From: Nitrosopumilus sp.
GTDB lineage: Archaea; Thermoproteota; Nitrososphaeria; Nitrososphaerales; Nitrosopumilaceae
Length of the DNA: 64,000 nt
Direction: 5' to 3'
Assembly (NCBI GenBank): GCA_965205425.1
Contig: CBDBGZ010000004.1
Span: 32,001-96,000, forward strand
Position numbers and translations under genes: made by a program. Positions 30,871-41,806 of this stretch are shown here, one piece after another; the stretch's first letter is position 1, and each line of letters starts with the position of its first letter. The notes beneath the pieces are model-generated. The model saw only the letters and a list, made by a program, of their open reading frames with translations, did no database searches and was not told where the DNA came from.

Positions 30871-31093
30871 AAGACAATTATGGTGCTGTGATTATATCAA
30901 AACATTGCTAAATATTACAACTGATAGAACAAAGCCCCATATTCCAACATGAATATTTTTTGTATTCTTGATTTGAATATCTTTTACACTCATGATAAAG
31001 TATGAGTATATGTATATCATAATGAATAGTATGTGATTTTCTATAATAACATAGTTAAACAGTATGATTTAGTCGTAATCTTGGGGCTTGTAC

Positions 31094-31642
31094 CTATATT
31101 CGTAAAATCTTGAATTTATTTGAACCCCCAACATTGCTAAATTTTGCAATCTCAAAAATAATCTTTGAAAAAGTATTGTTATTTTTTGATAATATGAAGG
31201 ACTTCTTCTCTATTGGTATTTTTTCAGATAATACTATCCAGATGTTCTCTTTTTCTGATTGAACATTTTCCATTTGCTCAACTTTTTTATTGATTTCTGA
31301 TATGTTTGATGATTTTGGAATGCATATCAACAATGTTTTTTTTGGATCTTTTTCTAATGTTTTAATGTCTGGAATTACAATATCTAATTCGTTTCCATTG
31401 TATTCTATTTTTCTTTGACTAGTTATCAGTGCATTTGTTAGTAAATAGTGTAATATTCCTGTAGCTAAAATTCCTACTGATTCATTTTTTTCTCCCATTG
31501 TCAAAATTTTTTCATAACAATTGTCTATTATTTCTTCAATAATTTGATCAAATTTCTTCTCAGTAATTAATTTTGGAATCGTTTCTGAATTTTTAATATA
31601 TTTGAACAAGTTTTCTTTTATTGGATTTATCTCATCTTCCAT
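31094..31642 (-). CDS. hypothetical protein
   Basis: 182-aa ATG ORF; ELDIVIPD could be a nuclease-fold-like segment. Confidence 0.75.
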   Translation of the reverse strand: MEDEINPIKENLFKYIKNSETIPKLITEKKFDQIIEEIIDNCYEKILTMGEKNESVGILATGILHYLLTNALITSQRKIEYNGNELDIVIPDIKTLEKDPKKTLLICIPKSSNISEINKKVEQMENVQSEKENIWIVLSEKIPIEKKSFILSKNNNTFSKIIFEIAKFSNVGGSNKFKILRI

Positions 31643-31702
31643 AATTCATGAAATAAAGTATGTCTTTTAAGTTAAATTATTTTTAGATTGTTTTAAAAAC
31701 TA

Positions 31703-31833
31703 TAGCGAAAAGATAAAGTTCGTGAACTAAATAATTTCAAAAAACTAGGAATCAGTTGATCTTGCCTATAGGTAAATACGAATAAACAAATTGAAACACC
31801 TAAAAATAACTCACGAACTTATGCTTCTCGCTA
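31703..31833. mobile_element. 131-bp IS630A-type MITE, copy 2
   Basis: TA duplication; same length and ends as 22234..22364, internally diverged. Confidence 0.9.
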
Positions 31834-32689
31834 TAGATTGTATTTTTCTAATCATGGTTATTCGTGGAGATTTAATTGAAGTAATTAATGATAATGATAT
31901 TTCTGAGATAAAAACTGAAGAAATTGATAATGTGGATGTCATTCCATGGAAATTTAATGGTGATGAGCCTATCCCAATAGAAATTTTTTCACTATATTCT
32001 GTAGACACTGGAACAATTACCATTAATGATATCCATAATGACGTGTTTGAAATAATTAAAAAATCTGATTTTAGTCATGTTTCTGCTCGCATCCACGTTT
32101 ATGAGGAAATGTTTATATTATTTTTTGAATTTGCAAAAGAAAAATATCCCAAAGATTTTGAATTTGTACATTTTGGTTTAGTTCCAACAAGTGATTTTTT
32201 TACTACATTATAGTTAAGGCATTAAATATTTGAATAATTTCACAACTCGAACGTCTCCATTATCTAATCTCTTCTGCATGTGTTTTCTCATCTCAGTTCC
32301 ATTTACAAAGAATGTATTGGCATTACCATTTTTCTCTTCTCTCCACTGTACCTCAATTGGATTGAGTTCTGGAGTGTATGCAGGAAAATATCTGATGATT
32401 ACATTTCTTTTTGATACCTTGAGAAATTCTTTTACTCTGACACTTTTGTGGTATGATGCATTGTCTGCAAATAATAACAGTTTCTTGCCAAATTGTTTCT
32501 GCAGTGATTCTAAAAAATCAAGAAATGAGTCTGTGTTTGATTTATCATAGAACCTACAAAAAAATACACCGTCATCCCCCAATGCACCAAATGATTGAAA
32601 CTTTTCTCGAGTGTAATTAATTGGTGTGGTAATGTTATTCTCCGCAAGATACCATCCGCGCTTTATGTTAGGTGCTATCTTGTTTGTTG

Positions 32690-33731
32690 TGTTCTTTCCA
32701 AAAATTATTTCGTGTCACTTTCATGAGTAATTCCTCCATAGAATACTTGGGTCTATGAGTATTTCGTTTGTTATCATCTTGGAGTGATACGCATCAGATG
32801 GTGTCTCCATGTTATCCAAGTCTAGTGCGCCATGAACTCTAATGTGATTGTACCAATGCATAAACTGCTCCACTGACTCAAAGTATTCTATTTTACACTC
32901 AAAGATATCCCAGAACTTTTCTAGCTTACCATTTGTTTGTGGATGTCTCACTCTTGTACGAGAGTGCTTTACGTGATGTCTCATTAGTTGCTGCTCAAAG
33001 TCTACTGGCTTGTTATGATCAAGAGTATTGACATTTGATGTGAACTGTTTTCCATTATCAGATAGTACGGATGCTGGTCTACCGTGATTCTTTATTGCAT
33101 CAGATAGTACTGCAGAAGAATTCACAGATGTTGCCTCATCATACACTCCGAAACCCGTGATAAATCGTGAGGCATCATCTTCAAATGCAATTAGTTGTTT
33201 TCCTGCCCAGCGTGAATCATGTATTGTGTGCCAGTCAGTATGCCACAGTGAATTTGAATATTCACGTTCATACCTGATCCACTTTCTTCTCATCTTTTTC
33301 CGTGGTTGCTCAACTGATAATCCTTCATCTAGCATAATCTTGTGGATGCGATTGTGGTTTATCTTGGTATTGTACAATTTTGATATGATTTTCTCAAGGT
33401 ATAGTGCGTTTGTATGAAATTTTTCTTGAACTTGTTTGACTAGCTCTATCTCGTGTACAGTGACTGGCTTTTTTGGACGCCCTGGTCTTTTGAGTGTGGG
33501 AATCTTTTTGGTTTTTTTGTACTGAGAGTAGACTTGTTGTACTCTTCTAGGCGTTATCTTGAGGATTACTGAAATATCTAAATTCTTGACTTTTTCATTT
33601 TTAGATTGTATAATCCACCTGATCTTATTCTCATCTAACTTTACCATAGGTATGCCACGATACCCACGCATACGATAGTATGGGAATGATGCTCTCCTAG
33701 TTAAGGGGTGAAATAATTTCCGGAAAAGATA
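32690..33731 (-). mobile_element. IS481-family element type 1, copy 1
   Basis: 15-bp target duplication CTATCTTGTTTGTTG (32675-32689, 33732-33746); TGT start; imperfect terminal repeats. Confidence 0.92.
32721..33647 (-). CDS. IS481-family (rve integrase core) transposase
   Basis: LWHTDW, DDASR, LSDNGKQF, HPQTNGKLEKF, YNHIRVH. Confidence 0.92.
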   Translation of the reverse strand: MVKLDENKIRWIIQSKNEKVKNLDISVILKITPRRVQQVYSQYKKTKKIPTLKRPGRPKKPVTVHEIELVKQVQEKFHTNALYLEKIISKLYNTKINHNRIHKIMLDEGLSVEQPRKKMRRKWIRYEREYSNSLWHTDWHTIHDSRWAGKQLIAFEDDASRFITGFGVYDEATSVNSSAVLSDAIKNHGRPASVLSDNGKQFTSNVNTLDHNKPVDFEQQLMRHHVKHSRTRVRHPQTNGKLEKFWDIFECKIEYFESVEQFMHWYNHIRVHGALDLDNMETPSDAYHSKMITNEILIDPSILWRNYS

Positions 33732-34564
33732 CTATCTTGTTTGTTGACTCATCCAGACATAGTGTGGTGTATCCCAATTTGGAATATTTTTTGATACTCC
33801 TTTTTGCGTTTTTTTAAAACGGGTTTGTTCCTCTTTTGAGGCTGATTTATGATGTGTGGGACGTGGTTTTTTAGATGAAAATCCAATTCTGTGCAGCAAT
33901 TCACGCATTCCTCTTGCAGAGTATAGGGTGTTGTATTTTTTATTCACATGTGTAATTACCATTCTTGTACTCCACATGAATTGATTAAATCCAAACTTTT
34001 CTGGACCTGAAATCAGATCATTTCTTAATGATACTAGTTGTTTTTTATCTAAGAAACATCTAGAACCAGAATATTTCTTGCGGCGTGATGCAGATATTCC
34101 CTCTTCATCCATTCGATTTAGCCAGTAGGACAGAGTTGATGGTATGACATCCAGACTTGCACATATCACAGAATACGGAATATTTTGTTTTCTTAGTATT
34201 GCAACCTTTAATCTTATCTTTGCTTTTGCATTTTTTTCATTCTTGCATACTTTTCTTAAAAAATTAATGCTTGTACCTTTCATGAATTGATTTCCAGAGG
34301 AAACCTTGGATTGTCTTGTACTCTTTGACATGGTTTCATGAATTGATTCTACGATCTAGATCTTTTGGGTTAAAATACTTGACAGTTTATTCAAAATTTA
34401 TATGCCTAAACTATAAATGCCAATCCCATAATTAAAATCAGAACAAAACGTTTCATTTTTTCTAAAAAAGGAATCAAAAAAACTACAGATCTCTTAAATG
34501 AATTTAAAAAGAAATATCCTGATAGTTCATTTAATTAAAATTATTTTCAACTCAAACTTTAGAT

Positions 34565-34831
34565 TTATTTCATGTCCCAAATACAAGTGTCGTGATTAAA
34601 TGAATGGGTATCATTGCCAATATTTTTAACAGGTGCAAAGCCTCCCGGAGTACAAAATTCAACATATGGACTAAGACCTGTATCTGCTGCTTTCTTTTCT
34701 ACTATCACTTCAGGTTCTATGTACCTCTCTGGTGTATCCATTCTTTCATTTACTGTAATGCCTAGCATCAGTCCTACTGAAATTAAGGCGATTATTGGTA
34801 TTGCCCAATAGTTTCTAGATTCCTCATCCAT
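34565..34831 (-). CDS. small membrane-anchored hypothetical protein
   Basis: N-terminal hydrophobic helix and a C-terminal Cys pair. Confidence 0.7.
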   Translation of the reverse strand: MDEESRNYWAIPIIALISVGLMLGITVNERMDTPERYIEPEVIVEKKAADTGLSPYVEFCTPGGFAPVKNIGNDTHSFNHDTCIWDMK

Positions 34832-34943
34832 GGATTGACAAAAGTGAACGACAGTTATATTTTTGACTGTTAATAAAATCGGATTGATAAAAGATTTGGT
34901 AATCCTAAAAAATTAAAATAATTCTTGATAATGGGTTGTACCT

Positions 34944-36338
34944 TTATTCATTAAAGATATAGCGTCTTTCGCCTCTAGATTCTTTTTCAGTGTCTACGTG
35001 TACTAGTACAAATTCTTTCTTTGAATCCACCATTGACTCTTCCGGACTTAATTTATTTTCGTGTAGTTCTTCATATTCATCCCAAGTTAGTCTTCTTCTA
35101 TCACCAATTTCTGCTTCTAAATTCATATTTTTTACCATCTCTTTGTATGATGGTTGTACTACTCCACTAAACACCATTGCACTACTTCCACTTCCATATG
35201 AGCCGAATCCTACTCTTTTACCTTCTAAATCAATTCCTTTTTGGTATTCAAATTCTAAACTACTTCTAAATCCCAAGTAAAGTGATGCAGTATACAAATT
35301 ACCAATCATACTTGAGGCAATTAATGAACTAGACAGTTTTGATTCATAAACTTCTTGATAAGATTGTGTTTTTGTAAATAGTTTAGTAAATTCATGATCT
35401 TTTGCCATAAATTCTTCATCTCCCAATACTGATTCAATAGTTCCTCGAGGATCTTTTGGGATTGGCTCTTCAATTCCTATTTCATTTAGAATGTTTTTCC
35501 ATCTTGGAAGTTGTCTCCATTCATGTCTTACCAAATATGCTAAAGCCTTCTTTCCCATGTTACTATATGGTAAGTGCATGTTGATGTAATCCATATGATC
35601 TAAAATTGTTTCCCCTGATTCCATTTTGATTAAACCTGATGATACTACTTTTTTCTTGTATGCTTCAAGTGCTTTTCTTACTTGAATCATGTAAAGTAAA
35701 TTAGAATATTGACCGTGTACAATTGGAGTCTCTTTTCCAAAAGGTCTGTAGAAATCATATTCATCCTTAATTGAGGTGGATGTAACTTTAGGATCAAATG
35801 CCAATAGTCTTGGGTCGTCATTTAGAAGCATAACTACTGCTCCTGCACCCTGTGTCATTTCACCACTGGAACCCATGTCGTATTTTGCAATATCTGAAAC
35901 TACTACAAGTGCTGCCTTTCCATCTGCTTCATCAGCTCTAATCCAATTGGCGTTGTCATAAAGGGCATATGAGCCACTTACACAAGCAAATTTGGTTTCT
36001 ACTCCACCACAATGCTCAAAGGCACCTTGACCGTAAACTTGCTCCAACATCCCAATGACGTAAGAATTCATCGCTTTTGATTCATCAAATGCGGATTCTG
36101 TTGAAACGTATAGTCTACCAATATCATCTGGAGATAGTTTGTTCTTTTGCATTATTCGTAAACATGCATTTGCTGCAAGACATGCAGGGTCTTGATTGGC
36201 ATCAACAATTGCCATTTGTGATATTCCTAGACCTTTTTGTAATTTTACTGGGTCTAACCCTCTATTGTCTGCAAAATCAGCTGCGTCCAAATATAATTTG
36301 GGAATGTATATTGCAATGTCGTCTATTCCAGCTGTCAT
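34944..36338 (-). CDS. mvaS: hydroxymethylglutaryl-CoA synthase
   Basis: STESAFDESK, KFACVSG catalytic Cys, TQGAGAV, HLPY, GNLYTASL, SYGSG. Confidence 0.92.
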   Translation of the reverse strand: MTAGIDDIAIYIPKLYLDAADFADNRGLDPVKLQKGLGISQMAIVDANQDPACLAANACLRIMQKNKLSPDDIGRLYVSTESAFDESKAMNSYVIGMLEQVYGQGAFEHCGGVETKFACVSGSYALYDNANWIRADEADGKAALVVVSDIAKYDMGSSGEMTQGAGAVVMLLNDDPRLLAFDPKVTSTSIKDEYDFYRPFGKETPIVHGQYSNLLYMIQVRKALEAYKKKVVSSGLIKMESGETILDHMDYINMHLPYSNMGKKALAYLVRHEWRQLPRWKNILNEIGIEEPIPKDPRGTIESVLGDEEFMAKDHEFTKLFTKTQSYQEVYESKLSSSLIASSMIGNLYTASLYLGFRSSLEFEYQKGIDLEGKRVGFGSYGSGSSAMVFSGVVQPSYKEMVKNMNLEAEIGDRRRLTWDEYEELHENKLSPEESMVDSKKEFVLVHVDTEKESRGERRYIFNE

Positions 36339-36449
36339 AAGCTAGCTCCCGGAATTTCATTAATAAGGATATTGGGTAAATTCTAAGTAACTAGGAAGGA
36401 AGTTTTAGCAATTATTTTGACAAATCATTCGTAAACTGATCGCAATTTA

Positions 36450-36771
36450 CTATTTTTCTAACTCTTCTTGAAATATTTTCTCAAATACCTCTAAAGGTTG
36501 TGCTCCAAAAAGTCTTGTTGTTTCACCATCTGGACCAATTACAAAAAATGCCGGAGTCCCTGTTAATTCTAATGTTTTTGCATCTTCGTTACTTCCAATA
36601 ATTGTTTGTGAGTGTACTCCATTTATCATACACTCTGACCACACATCCATGTCTAATCCAATCTCTTGAGCAAATATTGCTAAATTATCTGAAGATGCCC
36701 ACCCATTATTTTCTCCAGTCCAATTTGAATACAAAATATCATGATATTCCCAAAACAATTCTTGATCACTA
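36450..36771 (-). pseudogene. DsbA-family oxidoreductase, C-terminal fragment cut by IS630A
   Basis: DQELFWEYHDILY and LTGTPAFFV; the CxxC-bearing N-terminal half is absent from the window. Confidence 0.85.
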
Positions 36772-37857
36772 TAGCGAAAAGATAAAGTTCGTGAACTAAA
36801 TTATTCCAAAACAAAAAACTTTTTGATCACTATGTATGGTAAAATTTGATGAACAAGTTAGAATCACTTGAAAGCAGCATACAAAAAAGAAAACTCCAAG
36901 GTTGCAGTAAGGATGCTTGCAGTGTTGATGATTCTAAAGGATGGAAAGGACATACAGTGCACTGCAAAGACATTACACCACTGCACAAGCTGGGTGAGAA
37001 AATGGACGAGTCGTTTTGAGATAGATGGCCTCTACGACCACCCAAGAAGTGGCAGGCCAAGAACAATCTCCCAGACTCGAATGGATGCTATCATGTCAAA
37101 AGCAATGCTAACTTTGTTTACCCCCATAATGTTGCAACAAAGTATCTTTTATTCCACTGGAGTAAAATTTCACATAACCCACATCAGAAAGATAATGCAC
37201 CAATACGGCATGTCTGCAAAAACTGCACAAAAATATCACATCAACCATGCAAGTGTATCTGCTGTGAGAAGCTGGCAACAACGCAGCAAAAAGAGAATTT
37301 CACGCCTAAAAAAGAAAGGATTTGTAATTGCAATGGCTGATGAAGCATTCTTTGTAAGGGATACAAAAACAGGAAAAAAGTACTGGTCACCAGTTGCAAA
37401 GAGAATATTTCTTCCATATACAGGACGACATGAGAGTCTGGCAGTGTATGGTACAATTACAGAAAATGGTAATCAACTATTCAGAGTTTATGACAAATTC
37501 AATGCTGTAACATTTGTAGAGTACCTAAAGGAATTGCATCAGAAATATGGCAAGATTGCAATCATTTTAGATAGAGCATCAGTTCACAAATCAAAGAAGG
37601 TAAAGGAATACCTTGCAAACAATAGAGATGTCAAACTAATCTGGTTGCCAAAGGGATCACCATACTTGAAGAACATGATAGAGCAGTGCTGGAAGATAAG
37701 CAAATATGCGTTGTTGGTTTCAGAGTATTATGCAATGTTTGCGATGATGAATGGTATAGTGTCAAAATATTTCAGAGTGACAAAATTCAAGCTTGATGTT
37801 GCAAATTATATCTTTAGAAATCCTGCAAAGATGTTTGCGAACTTTTGATCGTCGCTA
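36772..37857 (+). mobile_element. IS630-family element type A, full length
   Basis: TA on both sides; ends TAGCGAAAAG / GATCGTCGCTA. Confidence 0.93.
36868..37848 (+). CDS. IS630-family transposase (326 aa)
   Basis: PRSGRP, ADEAFF, LDRASVH, NMIEQCW. Confidence 0.9.
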   Translation: MKAAYKKENSKVAVRMLAVLMILKDGKDIQCTAKTLHHCTSWVRKWTSRFEIDGLYDHPRSGRPRTISQTRMDAIMSKAMLTLFTPIMLQQSIFYSTGVKFHITHIRKIMHQYGMSAKTAQKYHINHASVSAVRSWQQRSKKRISRLKKKGFVIAMADEAFFVRDTKTGKKYWSPVAKRIFLPYTGRHESLAVYGTITENGNQLFRVYDKFNAVTFVEYLKELHQKYGKIAIILDRASVHKSKKVKEYLANNRDVKLIWLPKGSPYLKNMIEQCWKISKYALLVSEYYAMFAMMNGIVSKYFRVTKFKLDVANYIFRNPAKMFANF

Positions 37858-39253
37858 TAAATGGCAGGGAATTTTGGAGAATTCTCTTCTCCTAAAATCT
37901 CCTCAACTATTCCCTGTAGCTGTCTGTATGCAGTACCAACGGTGTTTCGGAATAGTGCCATCACCATAAAGCATGTATTAGAATGGACAAACGGTGCTCC
38001 AACCTTGTTGTCATTTAGTTGTTTTACACCTTCAGACATTATTGTATTATCAAGATGCAACACATATACCTCGGAGCATAATTCTTTGCAATTTTTCAAA
38101 ACAAATAGCAATACTTTTTGATCAGTAGTTAGAAATAATTTCATGGACATCACAAATGACGAGTTACTCCAGGCCTACAAAAAAGAAAAGTACGGTAAGA
38201 AAAAGGAAAGACTGCATGCAATGTGTAAGATTAAAATCAATAAATCTACAATTGCTGAAACTGCCAACCAAATGTTTTGTACATATAATTCTGTAAGGAA
38301 TTGGCTTGATTCATTTGAAAAATACGGATTGGAGGACCCCCCCTCGTTCTGGCCGTCCGCCATTAATTTCACACAAAAAATTACAAAAAATAGAGCGTAC
38401 ATTTAAGAGAATTTCAGATGGAATGACTCCAAAGAAACTGGTACAATTCATATTTTACAGAACACGCATTACATATCATATCACTCATGTGCGTCGTTTG
38501 ATGCACAAATGGAATCTAAAACCAAAGGTTCCACAAAAACTACATGTGCGAGCAGCATCCAAGGATACATGCCGCAAGTGGAAAAACCGCATCATTTCAC
38601 GCATAGAAAAGGCAAAAAAGAAAGGTTTTACAGTATTCATCCAAGACGAGTCTGTATTTGTAGACGATGTACGTCTTGGCAAAAAATACTGGACAGATGT
38701 ACACCAAAGAATGATTGTACGTTGGAGAGGATCGCACCAAAGATTTTTGGTTTATGGAAATGATGATAATCAAAGTTTTTTTAGATCGTATGAAAAATTT
38801 AATTCAATTGCATTTATGGATTATTTGGAGGCAGCTCGTAGAAAATTCGGGAAAATATTTGTTATTGTTGATAGGGCACCGCAACACAAAGCTAATGATG
38901 TAAAAGAATATCTGCGTAAAAACGAAGATGTCAAACTGGCATATCTTCCAAGAGGTTCTCCACATTTGAGTATGATTGAAGAGATTTGGAGACAGTGCAA
39001 ACATGTTAATGTTGAATCAGAATTTTATGAATCTATTCATGAGATGAGGCATACAGTTATGGAATATTTTAGAACCCACAAATTTAATTTGAATATGTAT
39101 CAGTATTTTGCAAGAACAGTAAATTGAAAAGACTTATGATCTGGGGTATAGAACTTTCCACGTGAGATGTACTTTCTATCATCGTACTTTTTCTCAGACA
39201 CATGATATCTCTAACTTTTCAGATCCAAATCTTTTTCGGTTGTATTTTGAGCC
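37858..39253 (-). pseudogene. 5' remnant of an IS5/IS903-like element, split by IS630C and cut by IS630A
   Basis: Joining 39201-39149 to 38064-37858 gives VSEKKYDDRKYISRGKFYVL...VGAPF...YRQLQG...PKFPAIY, homologous to the N-terminus of the 42988 transposase; GGC end at 39253. Confidence 0.75.
38067..39148 (+). mobile_element. IS630-family element type C with frameshifted transposase (38143..39127)
   Basis: TA duplication; repeats TACCTCGGAGCATAATTCTTTGCAATTT / revcomp TACCCCAGATCATAAGTCTTTTCAATTT; frameshift at a C7 run before PRSGRPP. Confidence 0.88.
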
Positions 39254-39309
39254 TAGAATGAATAATTAGGAAACAAAGTTCTTTAACCAAAAATGTTTGA
39301 TATTTTTTA

Positions 39310-39921
39310 ATGATGAAAAATAACGCAAAACACCGAACTTTTCTTCTAGCAACTGCATTTGTTATTAGTACAATCTCTATGACATCTGCATATGCACATA
39401 ATCCTCCATACGAGGACGACTATTGGTTCAATTACAATGGAGATCCTGAAGTCTGTTATCTAACTTCCCAATTAAATGGCATGACAGTAGATGGGTCAAC
39501 AAATAATGCATCAGATGTAGAAAATGCTGTTGAACTAACTAGAGCTGAATACAATAGTGAAATCGATGGATTAACTATAGCAGCAGATGATGGCAGTTGT
39601 GGATACAACAGCATAGAAGTTGGTGCAAAAAGCCTTACTTGGCCAATATTAGCACAAACTACTCCTTCAGTAAATTGGAGTAATGGAGATTATGCAGATA
39701 GAGAAGTTGATTTTTCAACCAATATCAACTGGGAAATCAATAGTAATGCATGTGATTGGTTACACGACAAAGATGTAGAATGGCTTGCAAATCATGAATT
39801 TGGTCATGCATTAAGCATAGATCATCATTCAGGAAGTGGCACAGTCATGGATAGTGGATGTCATTCTGACTATGCATCAGTAGATTCTGAATCCGAAAAT
39901 GCATTGGAGGCTAGATACTAA
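39310..39921 (+). CDS. secreted metzincin (matrixin-like) zinc metalloprotease
   Basis: Signal peptide ending AYA; HEFGHALSIDH followed by Met-turn TVM. Confidence 0.85.
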   Translation: MMKNNAKHRTFLLATAFVISTISMTSAYAHNPPYEDDYWFNYNGDPEVCYLTSQLNGMTVDGSTNNASDVENAVELTRAEYNSEIDGLTIAADDGSCGYNSIEVGAKSLTWPILAQTTPSVNWSNGDYADREVDFSTNINWEINSNACDWLHDKDVEWLANHEFGHALSIDHHSGSGTVMDSGCHSDYASVDSESENALEARY

Positions 39922-40550
39922 TGAATAAAAAATTAGTTTTCTTGAGTCTGATTGTAGCAATTGCGGCTGTAAGTGTAGGAACTTTATCAATGACTGCACA
40001 AGAATCTGAAGTACAACCACAAATGGTTCAAAAAATATCCTCAACTGCGTTGGATGTTTCTTTAGAACAATTAATTGAACGTGCAGAATATGCCATAGTT
40101 GGAAAAGTGGTCAAAGTAACTCCTGTGATATATGTAGATCCTGACCGTGCACAAAAGAAAGCAGAAATTGAAAATCTACAATTTGCAGTAGGCGGAATCA
40201 CACCAGTTGTTATGGAACAAGAGATTCTTTCAGATGTAAAAATCAAAGTTAGAGAAGATCTCTTTGGAAAATATACTGAGAATTTCATCACTGTAAGAGT
40301 ACCAGGTGGGGAAATCCCAACACTAAAAACAATACATGAACGTTCACCAACATTTGATAAAGATGAACGTATAGTTGTATTTGTTGGAAAAGGTCAATCA
40401 TATGATATTCCTGGACACCATTACACAGTAGTGGGACTAGATCAAGGAACCATAAAGTTAGGTGAAAAAATCAAAAGTCAATTTGCTACTACTGATTCTT
40501 CAGAAGATAGCATAAAAAACAAAATTAAATCCTTAAAAAATAAGGATTAG
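39921..40550 (+). CDS. secreted partner protein, translationally coupled to the protease
   Basis: TAATG overlap; signal peptide; SLEQL..AEYAIVGKV and VRVPGG pattern. Confidence 0.8.
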   Translation: MNKKLVFLSLIVAIAAVSVGTLSMTAQESEVQPQMVQKISSTALDVSLEQLIERAEYAIVGKVVKVTPVIYVDPDRAQKKAEIENLQFAVGGITPVVMEQEILSDVKIKVREDLFGKYTENFITVRVPGGEIPTLKTIHERSPTFDKDERIVVFVGKGQSYDIPGHHYTVVGLDQGTIKLGEKIKSQFATTDSSEDSIKNKIKSLKNKD

Positions 40551-40660
40551 TTTCTTCCTTTTTTTTAATTTTTGATATTCTCTCCACAATCAAACCTATT
40601 ACCAATACAGACAATGGTCCCACATAAGCAGGAAAATCAATAGAATATGATGCGCCTGTA

Positions 40661-41806
40661 TAGTTAAGGCATTAAATATTTGAATAATTTCACAACTCGA
40701 ACGTCTCCATTATCTAGTCTCTTCTGCATGTGTTTTCTCATCTCAGAACCATTTGCAAAGAATGTGTTGGCATTACCGTTTTTCTCTTCTCTCCACTGTA
40801 CCTCAATTGGATTGAGTTCTGGAGTGTATGCAGGAAAATATCTTATGATTACATTTCTTTTTGATTTCTTGAGAAATTCTTTTACTCTGACACTTTTGTG
40901 GTATGATGCATTGTCTGCAAATAATAACAGTTTCTTGCCAAATTGTTTCTGCAGTGACTCTAAAAAATCAAGAAATGAGTCTGTGTTTGATTTATCATAG
41001 AACCTACAGTAAAACACATCATCATCCCCCAATGCACCAAAGGATTGAAACTTTTCTCGAGTGTAATTAATTGGCGTGGTAATATTATTGCCTGCAAGAT
41101 ACCATCCACGCTTTATGTTAGGTGCTATCTTGTTTGTTGACTCATCCAGACATAGTGTGGTGTATCCCAACCTGGAATATCTGTTAACTGTCCTTTTTGC
41201 GTTTTTTTAAAACGGGTTTGTTCCTCTTTTGAGGCTGATTTATGATGTGTGGGACGTGGTTTTTTAGATGAGAATCCGATACGGTGTAGTAATTCTCGCA
41301 TTCCTCTTGCAGAGTATAGCGCGTTGTATTTTTTATTCACATGTGTAATTACCATTCTTGTACTCCACATGAATTGGCTGAATCCAAACTTTTCTGGACC
41401 CGAAATCAGATCATTCCTTAATGATACTAGCTGTTTTTCATTTAGAAAACATCTAGAACCAGAATATTTCTTGCGGTAAGATGCAGATATTCCCTCTCGG
41501 TTCATTTGGTTTAACCAATTACTAAGAGTTGATGGTATGACATCAAGACTGATGCATATTTGAGAATATCTCATGTCTTGTTTGCGTAAAATTGCAGCCT
41601 TTAGTCTTATTTTGGCTCTGGCATTTGTTTCTTTTTTGCATACTTTTCTCAAAAAATTAATGCTTGTACCTTTCATGAATTGATTTCCAGAGGAAACCTT
41701 GGATTGTCTTGTACTCTTTGACATGGTTTCATGAATTGATTCTACGATCTAGATCTTTTGGGTTAAAATACTTGACAGTTTATTCAGAATTTATATGCCT
41801 AAACTA
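40661..41806 (-). mobile_element. IS630B copy 2, intact two-ORF transposase (41125..41724 and 40664..41170) with probable -1 frameshift
   Basis: TA duplication; 1146 bp; TTTAAAAAAAC slippery run; LDES, ADNASYH, PELNPIE. Confidence 0.93.

Larger units (their letters stand above)
32211..34413 (-). mobile_element. IS630-family element type B, copy 1, with nested IS481
   Basis: TA duplication; ends TAGTTAAGGCAT / ATGCCTAAACTA; 1146 bp after removing the insert, same as the other copies. Confidence 0.93.
31854..34538 (+). pseudogene. hypothetical gene split by IS630B (pieces 31854-32210 and 34416-34538)
   Basis: Excising the IS and one TA joins FFTTL|NANPIIKIRTKRF...SSFN* in frame. Confidence 0.75.

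Noticed and set aside
30895..30994. Short hydrophobic minus-strand ORF MSVKDIQIKN...
   Set aside because: About 33 aa with no supporting motif; possibly a decayed gene but unsupported
31791..31853. N-terminal extensions of ORFs 31791, 22331, 44186 and 55019..56074
   Set aside because: Derived from MITE or IS DNA, or from flanks read in frame, not native gene starts
36830..37066. Antisense ORFs repeated at several loci (also 59594, 32230, 40680, 57100, 33157, 55455, 14970, 61993)
   Set aside because: Repeated only because the IS is repeated; shadows of transposase frames
38335..38345. Programmed frameshift or phase variation at the C7 run in IS630C
   Set aside because: Single copy with other apparent deletions; decay or homopolymer error is simpler
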